This document shows positions 47,713 to 61,932 of a DNA stretch of 64,000 nucleotides, one piece after another (the first letter of the stretch is position 1; every line of letters begins with the position of its first letter). The translations under genes and the position numbers were made by a program. A model generated the notes under the pieces. That model did no database searches, was not told the DNA's origin, and saw only the letters and a program-made list of their open reading frames with translations. This DNA is from Marsupella aquatica (Eukaryota > Plantae > Marchantiophyta): contig OZ316896.1 of NCBI GenBank assembly GCA_973895155.1, positions 372,001-436,000 on the forward strand, given 5' to 3'.

Positions 47713-48729
47713 TAATCCATTTATCAACTGGCCCCCCATTTTGTATTTGGATTAGTATTAACTTGTATACAGGTTCCTGTTGCCATGTGGTGAGTCACTA
47801 TTGAGTAGCCTTAATCCACCACAACCCCCCCCCCCCACACACAACCCCCCTTGCCCATTGAGGGTCACAATTGTAAGCCCAGGAGGGGCAAAAGCACATC
47901 ATTTTTTGCTCCACACTCCCCTCACAAAAACCCTACACTTTTGGCCCTTGCATTTATTAAGGAATTAGAGCATAGCAGGGATTGCCAGGGAAGGGGAAAG
48001 GGGGCTGAGGGGGGTTGCAACAGGTTGAGGCTAGCCAATAGCGACTCACCACATGACAACAAGAGCCCATATACAATAGAGTTAATACTAGCTAATCCAA
48101 ATATGAAATGGGGGTCGGGTTGAGAAATAATTGTTTAGGGGGCAAGTCAATGATATGGGATATTTTGGGGACAGGTTAATAAAAAGTTGTTTAATTATCT
48201 AATCACTTTTTATTGTATTGCACACCTTTCAAAACCCCTAGAAGCCTACTGTACATAGCTCCTTGGCTCCTCCTCCCCAAGATAGTAGACCTTCATGGCC
48301 ACCCTAGGCACACAATCCAAGGTGACAAAAAAAGTTTAGCAGTCATGGTTGGATTTGATTCATTCCATTTAAGTTTGTCATCACATGACCCATTTTTGGG
48401 GCGAGAGTACATATTGTAGCACTTGATTGATAAGATAGTCTTAAGGCCTTTTTTTACACAATTTAGGGAAGGTTGCTTTAACGTTGGAACAAACTCATAT
48501 ACAAGTACAAATTCTAAAATGTGCACTTATCACATATGCAAACCGCAGATAAGTACAAAGCCCCTGCTTCTTCCCCTCAGTGTGCACTTAGGAAGTTGAC
48601 TGTACAATCAACCATGGTAATACCCAATCTTGCCTTTTTTTCTCATGGTCATTAATGATGAATGAGATCAAATGTTAATAATTAATGGTAACTAAGGGTG
48701 TGCACTTTAAAACTGGTGGTACTTTCTTA

Positions 48730-48816
48730 GCCAATTATTCTTTTGGGGTTTTTGTGACGCCAATTGTTCTTTTGGGGTTTTTGTGACGCCAATTGTTCTT
48801 TTGGGGTTTTCGTGAC
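48730..48816. repeat. Minisatellite, 29-bp unit x3
   Basis: GCCAATT(A/G)TTCTTTTGGGGTTTT(T/C)GTGAC at 48730, 48759 and 48788. Confidence 0.9.
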
Positions 48817-51800
48817 ATTGTTTCTATGCAACATGGGTATGTCAGCATCCTAAGATGTACCAAAGAGTTTTTTGAGCCATAATTTTGTTGTCTCAAGCCC
48901 GTTTAGGTGATATTTTATACATTGTGTTAACCTTGGACACCTCCTAATTGAATAAATTTGTGAAAAATCAAATTTCCAAAACTTTTTGATGACCCTCGTC
49001 AAACCAATCAGATGAAAGAGGAAAAATGGGCATTGCAAGTTTAGGTTTATTAAACATTATATGTATAATTTTCTCATTCAAGTGCTAACAATGGCTCAAC
49101 ATTAAATATGATCAATGCCATTAGTTTTACATTAGGCTTCTTGCCATGCAAGCCAATTCATGAGCTCGACTATTAGCTCATCTTGCTGGTTGTTACAAAT
49201 GTTTGGCTCGAATTGCCACTAGATGACTCCAAGACCTACGTGATAAGTTAAAAAGGAGGTCTGCTTGGTTGACACATGTGGTGAGACAAGGGTGATGCTT
49301 TAGCTGAATGTGAAAATGAGTTCCAACAACCTTTGTGGAAGAAAATTTATTCGTTTTCTCACAAACAGTAAAGGAGCGGTCCCTGAAGTAGCTTATTTGT
49401 AGACAATTGTTTAGCTTCTAAAAAATTGTGAATTCCTAACGTGGTGGGCCTTCATGTTTCTCTCATCTTACCAATAAATACACAAGCTACTTTGAAGGGC
49501 TAAGGTCTAGATCCTCTAGACCATAAGTAAAAATAAAAACAAAATTGGACTAAAAAATAAGGACAAAGTGAGGGTGAACAAAAAAGGGGGATGGGGCAAA
49601 GATGAACGAGAGATAGAATATAATTCTCTTTTTTTGCAAGATTTGTTTGTGGTCTTCATCTCTATTTACAGACCCCATTAGAGGTCCCTTCCAGAATTTG
49701 AGACTCCACAGCGCACTACGTCATCATGGCGCGCTGCAACCAAGACACAGATTGGTTTCCAAATTAAAATAACTAATCCATTCGTGTTTGTTGCAAGTTT
49801 TTGGTAACATTTAGGACGCCATGCCGTAAAACACAATGTAATTTTATTTCACATAACCATTTTAGTTACCATGAGTAACCAACTCTGCATTTAGCAGTAG
49901 GCCTGCCCTAATTCGCCATTGAGATTAACCATACACAACTATGTTCTCAATGGAAAATTCATAATCTACACTACCAATTTACGTAGCTTTCAAGTGAGCA
50001 GAGGATAGTGAAGACAAACGCTCAGCAGAATCACAATGGCAACGGAATGCACCCTCTTAATTGGAGCAGTCACGGACATGACACGAGACCAAAGGCCAAG
50101 AGAATAGAGAGGAAGTGCACATCAGCAGAGAAATTACCTTTCAATTGACAGTATAGGATAGCGAAGAGAATCGCTCACCACAAGCTCAATGATGATGAAA
50201 TGCACCAGAGAGAGGAAACACATAGGCTACGGAGTAGTCAACGTGGACGGTATTGCTGAGACAGGGCTTTAGCCACAGTGATTGACCAATGGGAGTTAAT
50301 GGATGCGTTCTCCATCCAGCATTTTAATTCCTCTAGAGTGAATGACATTGCCATGGATTGACAGAAAATGCCCTACATCCTTGTCTCAAATTTGACTGAT
50401 GCTGGAATGCGTTCTTGCATTCACTTCTATTTGTCAAGGCACAAGGAAGGTCTTGCATTTGACTCAATGACAAAAAATTTGAAATAGAGCAATCCTTGGA
50501 TGAATATCATTTGTGAGTTTTGGGAAAGTGGTGGATATAGCCACCCAATGTCCTCACCAATCCCAACACCCATGCCTAAGTGCCCCTGGTGCCCAAACGC
50601 CTCCATGGAACTCCTTGAGCAAGCAACCTGGTGCCTCTTGCACCGCCAGCGACCACTCCCATACAAAGCCACACTTGCCCCCTAACACGACCGCCGCTCA
50701 ATGATCTTCACTGTCTGCACAAGCAACCAAGTACCTCGGTAAGTAACCCAACCGGATCTAGATCTCCGCAAGTCTAGCATCCTAACTCAAGCTCAATAGA
50801 CATTGGTAAGTAGGGTAGTGATAGGTCCTCCCGTTGCCATAAGCCGGAACCAGAACCGACACCCACTTTTCGTCTAGAATAGCTCCTTCCTTGGGTGCAG
50901 CCCGGGTTCCCCCTCGTATCTATCCATCACCAACCGACCGGCCTGCCCCAAGGACATGCTCATGACCAAATAACATAGCTTGTCGTAAAGCTTGAATGTC
51001 CCAAGCTTGTCCTAACACGTTGGGCCAGAAAGGCCTCGACTCTAACAACCAACTCCCGGTTCTTCCCCACTTATAGCCTAGGGGCCAAGCGCACTTGGAA
51101 CTCAACCTCCATGCATACTTGGTCTTGCCTCCCCAACACAAGCTCCCTTGGGAGATTGAACGTGGCTTGGTTGCTATTTCAGCAGGATTTGGCAAGTTGG
51201 AGAAATGAACCCCACAAACCCCAAGTATCCATGGCACCCCTAGACTAGCTGAGCTCAAGAGAATGTAGGCCTCCTTGAGAGCTTTCCAACGCACCCAAGA
51301 AGTCCTCCAAGGGAACTTCTTGTTGGGAAGTTATCGTCATTTCCATTTGACATTTTCCCTTTGTGTCGGGACCGTCGCGGCTCGCGACTTTGGCCCGCCC
51401 TTAGCCACCACAGAGACACCACTCCCCTCATATATGCTTCTTGAAACCTGCCACCCCCAGACCTACTTTGGTCCCCAAATTTTGGCCCCCCACTTGGACC
51501 CTAACCCGCATGTCTGGGCACTCCGCCAACTGACTATGCCCATAACTTTCTAGTTAGGCGCCCGTAGGAGGAGTGCCTTAGCCCGTTGTGATCGGGCCGA
51601 CCCAGTGCTCCTGTCTAGGCCCTCGTAATCCATCGTCCCCGGAACCCCGAGCAGCCAAACCTGGGTCGGGCCGTAACTCGTGTCCCAAGTGTCCGTTGCA
51701 CCTAAAGTAAACTCCATTTTCCTTGGGCCCAAGAGGAGCTCTCACTCAAGCCCTCCAAACTCAAAGTCCGTCTGGGGGTCCGGACGGTCAACCTTGAGTC

Positions 51801-53339
51801 CGGCCCTTTCCCCTTTCCCCTTGACGCAACTAGCCCTTAGCTAGTCTAAGTCCTTAGTGTGTGTAACCAGTTAAGCGCATTGTCTTTGCCAGTGCCACAC
51901 CCCATTGCCCACAAGTCTCACCATGCTAAGTCCTCCACGGATGGCCGTTCCGGGCTTGGACCATAGGGGAGCTCGGCGTCGGAGTTAGCAACGCCGGAGC
52001 TAAGTGTTAAGGTAGTCGAGTTCCGCGACTAGGAAGGAGCTCCACAATGGAACTGCATCAATCCTGGACAATCCAAAGCTGACCCTTGCACAGATCGATA
52101 CTCGAACATGAATGTTCTCCTTTGGACATATGGTACCCTTCTGCTTCATGTCATTGTAATCCTCTCCTATAATAATCTTCTCATGTCAAGTAGTTAGGAT
52201 CTCCTCCAAGATTCCAAAGGTCTGGTAAGCAAGGAGGTAATAAGGCAAGTAAATTGCCAACCTTGACTTAATGCTCAAGGATCATGAGTATGTTTTGTAA
52301 GACGAGTAGTAAAATGAGATTGAAATTGTTAACCATTCAGTGTCCGATTTCCTTGACCCATTCTTTCCATTTTGTCAGTGACTTTTGAGCAGTCAATGAT
52401 TGAGTGTTATTGTCTATTTCCGAATATCCCTGTGAGTTCCTCCCTTTAGTCATGTCAATCTTGTCCATGGTGGATTTTGAGACCTCCTTGGTTGGTTTAG
52501 TCTTGTACACATTGATGAAGGGATGATGTCTAAGAAGGAAGAGGGCGAGAGAGAACAAGAACTATTAAACCTACAAACACAAAACAGATAGGGGTCCACG
52601 AACTAATTAAGTTCAAGGAAGTGGTAATCAGGTAGTGCTACAAGTGAGTCACTCAAAACCATCAACTAAGGAAACAAAATTGTGAGGATAATTGAAAAGG
52701 GAGGGGTTGGCATTATCTTAAAGCATTTATTTCTCCACACTCCTGAGAGGTGTGAAATGTCAATTTATTTGAAATATGTATTATGTAAAAGAAAAAATGA
52801 ATACTTAATAAAGGATGAATAAATTTGAAACATAATATATCCTTATAGATACAGTCTATGAAAAGAAAATTATAAACCAATTGAATCAAGAATACACAAC
52901 ATATATCTCAAAAAGAGAAGTGACTAAATAATCTCTTAACAGGGTAACACCTGAAAATAGATAAGTACCATGAGAACTGTTCTAAAGCTTAATCCTTAAA
53001 GATTGGTGACAATCCTTTTCGATCTATCTGTTGTTAAATTTGAGAAGTTGTTATCTCAGGTTCAAGTACGATTCTAGTGCCACCCCTAAACTGTAGCCCT
53101 TTGATTGTTTATGCATTAACTCTGCATGTGGTATGCACTTATCATAAGGGGTCCACATACAATTTTGTGCTCACATATTGGTGGTTTAGTAGAGCCCTCT
53201 TTGCACTTACAATAGTGCAAAATGGTAGGAACTAAAGGGAAGAAGCAGACACCTTGCAATCATGCAGGATTTGCACGCATGGATTGTGCAGTTAGGAAGA
53301 GCTGACGGTAGTCGGTGAAACTGCGTGCAAGAACGGCGG

Positions 53340-53410
53340 GTTTAGGGCTGTGATCTGGACGAACCAGTTTAGGGCTTCCGTGTTGTGAATGCAGAGATTT
53401 AGGGCTTTTC
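53340..53410. promoter_or_regulatory. Three telo-box-like motifs upstream of RPS12
   Basis: TTTAGGGCT at 53341, 53368 and 53398. The reverse complement AGCCCTAAA is a one-base variant of the AAACCCTA telo-box typical of plant ribosomal protein promoters. Confidence 0.4.
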
Positions 53411-53568
53411 TCAGCCTGTGTTTCTCCACTTGCGTCGTTGCGGTCGAAGACCACATCTCTCAGCTCTGCTCAACTCCCTGCCTTTTACACGAACGATTAT
53501 GCTCGCACACTGAGAAGAGTTGCAAGTTTCCTACCGAACGACGCCTCTAGACGACCCGTGTCGACGAA

Positions 53569-54807
<1,239 letters not shown>

Positions 54808-57681
54808 AGCTTGATTCGATGGTAGAGTGGCATGTCGAGTCCAGCGGTTGAGTTCATTTGTCTTAGCGCTAAACAGGCAGATAGATATATGGATTCTCCT
54901 GCTTGTGTTGTTGGTTTAGGCTTAAGGTTGGTTGCTTATTCAACCCAAATGGAAACCTGAAGTTTCATTGTTTCAATCAAATGGCACTGCATCCATGACG
55001 GCTGAAGTGTAACGGATAGATGTTCAACTCCTGTTTCTAGTTTGGGGTAGCTGTGTCTCTCTGGTTCCTACCCAAAAGGAGAGATATAATCGGGTATGGA
55101 AAGAACCAAATTGAACAGAATGCATGGAAAGGCGTAAACCCTAACCCTAAACCATGACGAAGCTTACGGCACTGTCAAGCGAACCTGCCGTTCAGACGCG
55201 GGTGCCTTAACCACAACATCGTTTATGACTTTCCAGAGCTCGCTTCCAGGCATACTTGAACGAGGAAATGAAGAATTGTATACATTCTCACACGAGGAAC
55301 TGTACAACAACAAACACATCGAAAGAAACTAAGTAACGGTATTCGCTGCCAATTTGTGAAGCTCTTGATGGACATGATTCTCTATTGCTTCATAACAGTG
55401 AGTGATCTGAGGGAGTCGACCATGATTACACCTGTCGTTGGAGAATGTGGAGGCTTTACCGTCGAAGCACATCGAACCCAAGTATTTTGACACCTTTAAC
55501 TAAGCATCCCACGCATTCATGTGTCTGATTGTTGACTGCATGCCAATAAATCTACCTTTCCTTGTGATTCGCAAACTTCTTCCATCGATGTTATGAGAAT
55601 GGTTTCTCTACCGTGACAGTAATGTGGAACGGATTCAGCAGAGACTGGTACTCGATGGACATGAAACTTGTGGTTCAAAGAAAAGGAAAACCCGTGCAAT
55701 CTCCCCATCAGCTCAAGGTTCTGTTCTCATTACCGACCATAGCGGCAGTAGGACTGCATATGTGTTGCCATAAACAGATCTATCAAACTGAAGTCTGTAG
55801 GTTTCCTGGGCATCCCGCTATGAACTAGACCGTTATGCCAGAAATTACCCAGTACAGAGAAGTCTTGAACAGAAGTCGGTCGCGGTCAAATACACAGCAG
55901 GTTCACACAAAATGTTGGAGAGTCTACAACCCGAGCGTTCATGTTAGACCGGCTCTAGACAGTAGTAGCAGACTAAATTCACAGCCAAAATCTCCAGTTT
56001 AAACATTTTCTCGAAACCAACTCTGGATTAAGTTTACCCTCAACAGGAGTATACTTGTCATTCACGTAGAAGCCCAAGAGACCTACTGTAGCCTTCCTCT
56101 AGATGGTTCCTATACAGGAGAACAGAGGAAAATAGAAAGGCAGTTACTACAATGGATAAGAAGTCTCTATCATGACGCAGTCGAAGTGCAATTTCTCATT
56201 TCTATCCGGCAACCATTCCAACTTGGCATTGCAAAATCGGTCGGGAAGGGACTTTGTTGGTACCTGCCATGATCGTGATTTGCCAAGTGGTGCTTCTAGC
56301 CTGGGGGTGGCTGTCATCCTTTCTATGACTTCGGGCGCTACTCAGTATATGTCAGATTCTGTCGTGCTTCATGCAATGATTTGCAATGTGTAGCTCTGCG
56401 AGCTGCGCTCTTATTCTATGAGCTCGTGCTGTATCGAATTGCTGCTTTGCTTGATTATTACGGCGAAGTTGTCAGCTCCTCTGCGTTACTGATGTTGAGT
56501 TGGAGTTCTTATTTGCACTGCGAATGAGTACGTACTAAAATTTGGCGGGATGACGAAGCAGAGTAAAATAGGGTCCAGCCGTGCCGAGTGTACTAAAGTA
56601 CAACAACAAGACAATTTTTTGGTTGGTTCTGCATAAGTCGATTGTCGTTATGATGACAAGTACAGACACCAACGAGTGGTAGCATGCGAATGTAGACGAA
56701 TTCGGACTGCATGCAATTTGAGACGCAGCGATGAATCAACACCGTTAACATAGACAGTACAAATGTCTAGAGAGTTCATCAAGTTTCTTTCCTAACAATT
56801 TCTCTGCTGATTGACGTTCTGGTCTTTTGTTGGAAGCTGGGAGCTGGAATCAAGGTCACTACACTATATCCTTGTTGGTAAGAAATTTATGGTTGCTATG
56901 CTTTTATGACAATTCTTCATTTGATTTCACAATGCGCAGCCAGAATGTTGTACGCCTCTAGCGCCCCAACTTAATAACTTGTACTCTCATTGACAGAAGA
57001 ATAAGTAGCTGCCCCCATGGAAAGGCGTGCGTTGCTACGCTAGCCATACGGACAGCTCTAGCCAGGACGGCGGAGAAGGGAATTGGGACGGGGACTTGAG
57101 AGAATGAGTCATCAAGAGAATTCCCCAAATTCTTCTATAGGAGATCGCAAGCAAACCTGTGTGCCCAGAAACGCAACGTAAACGACACTTTCGGAACATT
57201 AACAACAATAAGGACGTTATATTCCAGAATGTAACTCCCATCAGGAGGCTGCGAGGAATACAACAGAGGATTCTGCACTACTCACAAATCCAGACTCGAA
57301 GGTCTGACGATTACAAAACTTTCGGTTTACACACTGAATCAAATTCATTTGTAAAACCCTCAGTCACACCCTCTCCCACAAGTCCACATGCGGCTCCTTA
57401 ACCCTGAACTTCGATCTGGGGCCTGCCCTACCAGTTGTCAGAAGTCCCAAGTGCTATGCATATTCACGCATGGCCGTGTGTCTGTACATTGAACTAGTCC
57501 ACTAAAATTATCTACCTTTCCAAAAAATTACGTTAGCAAGATTTCGTCTCAAATTGATTGAACTTCCGCTCTGCCAGCACTTTGATTAACGATTCAGCGG
57601 CTCGATCCAGGTCCAATCGTCCTACCAACCTCGCTGAACAAGAAAGTTGACATCTTGCCTTCACGCAGATGTTCGACGAGT

Positions 57682-60427
57682 TTATACGACCAGTCGGCCA
57701 GACAAATGCCAGAGATGCCAAGTCATTCCAATTAGACTCAGAAGATTTGCCATCGATGAGTACCCATGGTACGTCATAAATGTTTTGTCAATCTTTGCCT
57801 TGCCAGCCTTCGCCTCATCATCTTCGGAACTTGACAAACCGTCTTGTCCCCTACCCTCTTCCTTTTCTATTTTCAGCTTCTGGAACATAGCCTGAACAAA
57901 CGAACAATAATTAACAGCTCATTAAGAAACTTATTTGCGGAAGCTTAACTATTAGCATCGTATCAACTAACTTCACCTCATCATGTCGCAAACGAATGAT
58001 AAGCAAGAAGAATTTGTACTAGCACTTTCAGCACAGAATCAAACGACATCAAAACCGAGACCAGCAAATACACAACGGGAAATTCGACAGTTCTAAGATG
58101 AGTGTGTGTACCTTCGTAGCTCGTGGTTCCAACAAAAAGACGTTAGCAAGAGATAACAGTAAGATGGCCGAGAGATCGAGCTGTTGGAGCTTCTCACCGC
58201 TATCAGCTTTCGACCAAGGATGCAGGATCAGGAACAAAAGAAGGCAGATAGCTTGGCCACCACCGGCTAGTTTGAAATAAGCGGGAAAGATTCGACTCTG
58301 AACAATTGCAAATTGTTGCCTAGGAATGCTGCGTGACAACATGTAACCAGATACAAAGGTAACCCACAATGAAGACCCGTACACTGAGGAGAACACGAAG
58401 AAATGTGCGGTTCTGCAAGAGGACAGTAGATAGGCTGACGCAATCCATTTCAGCTTCTGAAAACGTGAGAGAGTTCTACTCTTTAGAGAGTTTGCCGCAT
58501 CAGCAGTAGTCTCTGTTAGATTATCACGTGTGTCATAGAATTTGCGAGACTCTTCGGCTCTTTTGTCATCTAAATCATGTTTTGTGCCATGTATTCCGTC
58601 AATGATTTTTCCAGCACTGTTCCTTGCAATGTCGACCGCACGATCCTTAGCCCGGCCAGCTATTTCATCTGCCTCGCTCATCGTATTCGAAGCCTGCAAT
58701 TATGATGAGCGTTAAAAATCTACTGTAAGTCTTCCCATTCTTAACAGAGGCTCTTAAAAACATTAATTTTGCCCTAAAACAATACATTGAACGTCCCTGC
58801 AGCGCTTTAGGCAGTGACATGCCTTAGTAGTAGAATTCAGATCTTGTCCAGCTTTGTGACCACCTTTCCCATGAAAACCCATGAAAGATCATTTCTAGTA
58901 ACATAACCTGTAGCGACCTTCTTGACAGAATTCTATCCAAGTAGTTTTATACCTTGTTGACGATCTGGTCTTTCCATTTGCCGCATTGCACTGCTGACCC
59001 GCTAAGCTTGCCTTTCGCACATTCGTAGTAATTCCCAGCTGCATGTTTGACTCCTATCAAATACTCTATAATTTTGCCAAAAACGCCCGGCGTCGGTTGT
59101 TTCTTCCATCCAGCCGTAGTTTCTTTCTCATGTGTATCTTTGGTGCTGTAAGCCAGCCCTTGTCCGACGTTCGGGAGGACAGAAGCGGCCTCTGTCGCTC
59201 TGCTCCTAACTATCTCAGCTGCTTGCTCAGATGCATGTTTGACCTTGTCTTTGTACGATGAAACGCTTGAATCGACGTTGGTATGGTCGGTTTTTTCTGA
59301 CGTTCCTTTCAACACATCCGTAGCATGTTCATGAGCTGATCTACCTATCTCAGAAGCCTTGCCTTCGGCTGCATTGAAATTGTCTTGCAGGGACTGGGCA
59401 ATCCCCGAAGCCGAGTCGCCCACCGAAGCAACTTTCTCCGAACCCGTCTCCTGTACATACTCTACTGTATTACTGAATTTCTCTTTCGCTGCAGAGCCTG
59501 CCTGCCTAACTTTGTCTCCGGTTGCTTCCATAGTATCACCTGATAGCCGGAAATTTGTCCAGAACAAAACCAACAGAATCAAAAAGTTGCTTGTAAGAAG
59601 CAGTGAGCATCATCCTAGACATGGCGCTCAAAAAGCTGACCAAACAATACGACACAATTTTCTCGATGCAAGCACATATTGAATTTTCCGTTTTACTGAT
59701 CAGCAACGATTTGCAGTAGACCAACAATGAATATGAATGTCCCGACCTTTAGCTTTCAAGACCAATAAAATCGGACCGAGAATGCCGACATAAGTGTGCC
59801 AGGACTTCGTATGAACACATAAGCAGGGCACCTTCGGACGGGGGCTCGAAGAATTGACGTTGGCAGTTAGCAATTTGACATTACCCACCATTTTGGCCCC
59901 ACCTAATTTTGATGACGATAAGGGAACCTTCTCATTAAATCAGCGTCATCTGCAGTCCTAGGTCCACATAATTACAATCACTCGCGGGTGGAGACAATAC
60001 CTGCTGCGTCTTTGGTACGACCATACACGCCAAGTGCCTCCTCCTTGATAATTTCGTTGTAGGACTTCTCATCTGGCCGCGCGAGTCCGATCTTCTCGAG
60101 GCCGGATTGAGAACCGTCCTTCACAACCTGCGCTACATCTTCTCCGAAGTGCTGCACTGCATCCGCTGTTCTCTTCGGAATGTGAGATGCAGCTGATACC
60201 GTTTCTCGGATGCCCTCCCGAGTCTGACGACCCGTCTCCAGAAAGCTTCGCAATGACTCCGTAGCAGCTGCCTTGGCTCCTTCCAGATGTTCCGTAGCAG
60301 CTGCCTTTGCTCCTTCCAGATGTTGCTGTTCCCCATCAGATGTCTTCAGAAGCGACTGATCGGGAAACATAACATTTGCCGCCCCTAGTGTGGAGAACAG
60401 AATCCACAATGCAATCACGTTCATCAT
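57682..60427 (-). CDS. LEA-like repeat protein with C-terminal TMEM205/DUF4149 membrane domain, ~601 aa; exons 60427-60001, 59539-58953, 58693-58112, 57891-57682
   Basis: Signal-peptide-like N-terminus, then LEA-type helical repeats (HLEGAKAAATE x2), then YGSSLWVTFVSG..SIPRQQFAIVQSRIFPAYF..LANVFLLEPRATK/AMFQKLKIEKEEGRG..KTFMTYHGYSSMANL. GT..AG introns give a continuous frame. Confidence 0.85.
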
Positions 60428-60901
60428 CGTGCCTCGTTCGACACTTCACCGAAATCAATTCCCTGTTGCGCTAAACCCAAACCTCTAACTCAGATTCTTG
60501 AATCTACTGCTACGCATGGGTTCGTAAAAATCTCGTGATTCTCTACACGAGCAACAACACCTCGATCAACTGAGCAGGGCCCTTCCCGCAATAATTATAT
60601 CCGAGCTGCACACAACTTCTTACAACCAATCTTCAGAGCGTTTGAAGGGAGGCGACGATTGCCCCGCGAACTTGCATCTAAAGGAAAACAAGGAAGGCTG
60701 TAAAGCAAAGTTGCACCGAACATGTTCTTCCATATCCTTTCTTTCTTTGTTCTTTTCGTTGGAAGTGGTCCTTCAATTCTTCTGCGAACAGCAAAGAAGC
60801 AAAGAAGAGGCTCTCATCAGCTTCGGCTTCCCCTCCCCAAATTGTGATACGATATCACATAATCCCGCCCAAGATAACGGACAAGACGGCATGCCCACCT
60901 T

Positions 60902-60975
60902 GCCACGCGACAAGTGGACCCGCCATACGGTGGCTGCTCCGGCTTCCCACACGTGTAACATTTTGGACACGTGGC
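60902..60975 (-). promoter_or_regulatory. ABRE/G-box cluster upstream of the LEA-like gene
   Basis: GACACGTGGC (60966-60975, classic ABRE), CACGTG (60950-60955) and a CE3-like GCCACGCG (60902-60909), ~500 nt upstream of the ATG. Confidence 0.6.
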
Positions 60976-61344
60976 GATCTGAAGGCAGTCATTCCTTCGG
61001 ACACCCCTTAACCGCGATCAACGATTTAGATCGACTGGGGACGATTTACTCATTACAGGGGTTGTACTACGTTGCTACCACATATTACTCAACGGCCAGT
61101 TCTGAAACGTTAACTAGTGTAGTTCATCTAATTTCGAACCCTAAACCCATTGCAATCACCAAATTGGGCAAGGAAAGACTTGATGGGCCCCTCTAGCAAA
61201 CATATGCGGCTATATCCCTGACTAGTCTCTCACTTTTCAAATGGACTTAGTGGGGTCCCTTGTCCCTACAACCCCTCCTCTTCACCAATGTCAACACTTT
61301 TCCCTTTTGTCTCATACCAACATGGTAAGTAGAGCCGGGTAGAG

Positions 61345-61932
61345 CAAATGCAGAACATGAGAGCACACTCAATAGGAAGCCATACCAACAAGACATCATG
61401 CGTGGGGATGGAGAACATGAAAGCACACTCAATTAGAAGCTATACCGACAAGACACCATGAGTGGGGAAACTCCTAAGGATTTATAGCATACTAGCCCCA
61501 TGCCTGTACATTGCACAAAAGATTTCGGGGTGAGGGCAAGATATCTCAAAATGCAGATATTTTTGAGATATACATCTAAAAAAAAAACCTAGATCATCAA
61601 ATAATGAAAAATGAGGGAAAAAATAAAAACAATCCAAACAATCTCATAGGTGGAGGCCAAAAATTTGAATTTTGAATTTTTGGGCAGGTCGGGCAGGGAT
61701 CTAGGTGGCCTGTGTACCATCGGGTGACCAGGAAAATATTCACACAATTATCCGCTACTATTTGCTCGATCCATTTCGGGAAGTCAAAGAAAGACCTGCA
61801 CGGCGATGGACCTAAAGTTGCTCCTGGGAGAGTGATGATGTGCGAATTGAGCAAATCTTGTCCTAATGTAATCAAGCGTTAACTAACCCTAGTAAGGCAG
61901 ACCAAATTAACTATACCTAGGAACTCGAGACA
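61345..61932 (-). mobile_element. Diverged LTR related to copia element 1, with an internal 60-bp duplication and an intervening insertion
   Basis: GAACATGAAAGCACACTCAAT..CCAACAAGACACC..GAAACTCCTAAG (61350-61480, tandem x2, period 60) and TCCTAATGTAATC..GTTAACTAACCCTA.TAAGGC..GGAACTCGAG (61861-61930) match two parts of the 10225-10516 LTR. Confidence 0.7.

Noticed and set aside
50250-52050. GC-rich segment possibly derived from a LINE or other TE
   Set aside because: Stop-riddled in all frames with no diagnostic endonuclease, RT or zinc-knuckle motif I can support.
55136-55152. Telomere-like AAACCCTAACCCTAAA (also ~647-664)
   Set aside because: Only about two units; such short telo-box-like motifs are common in plant DNA.
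56990-57010. miR156/157-like TTGACAGAAGA
   Set aside because: Only the first 11 nt match and no complementary star arm or hairpin is evident.
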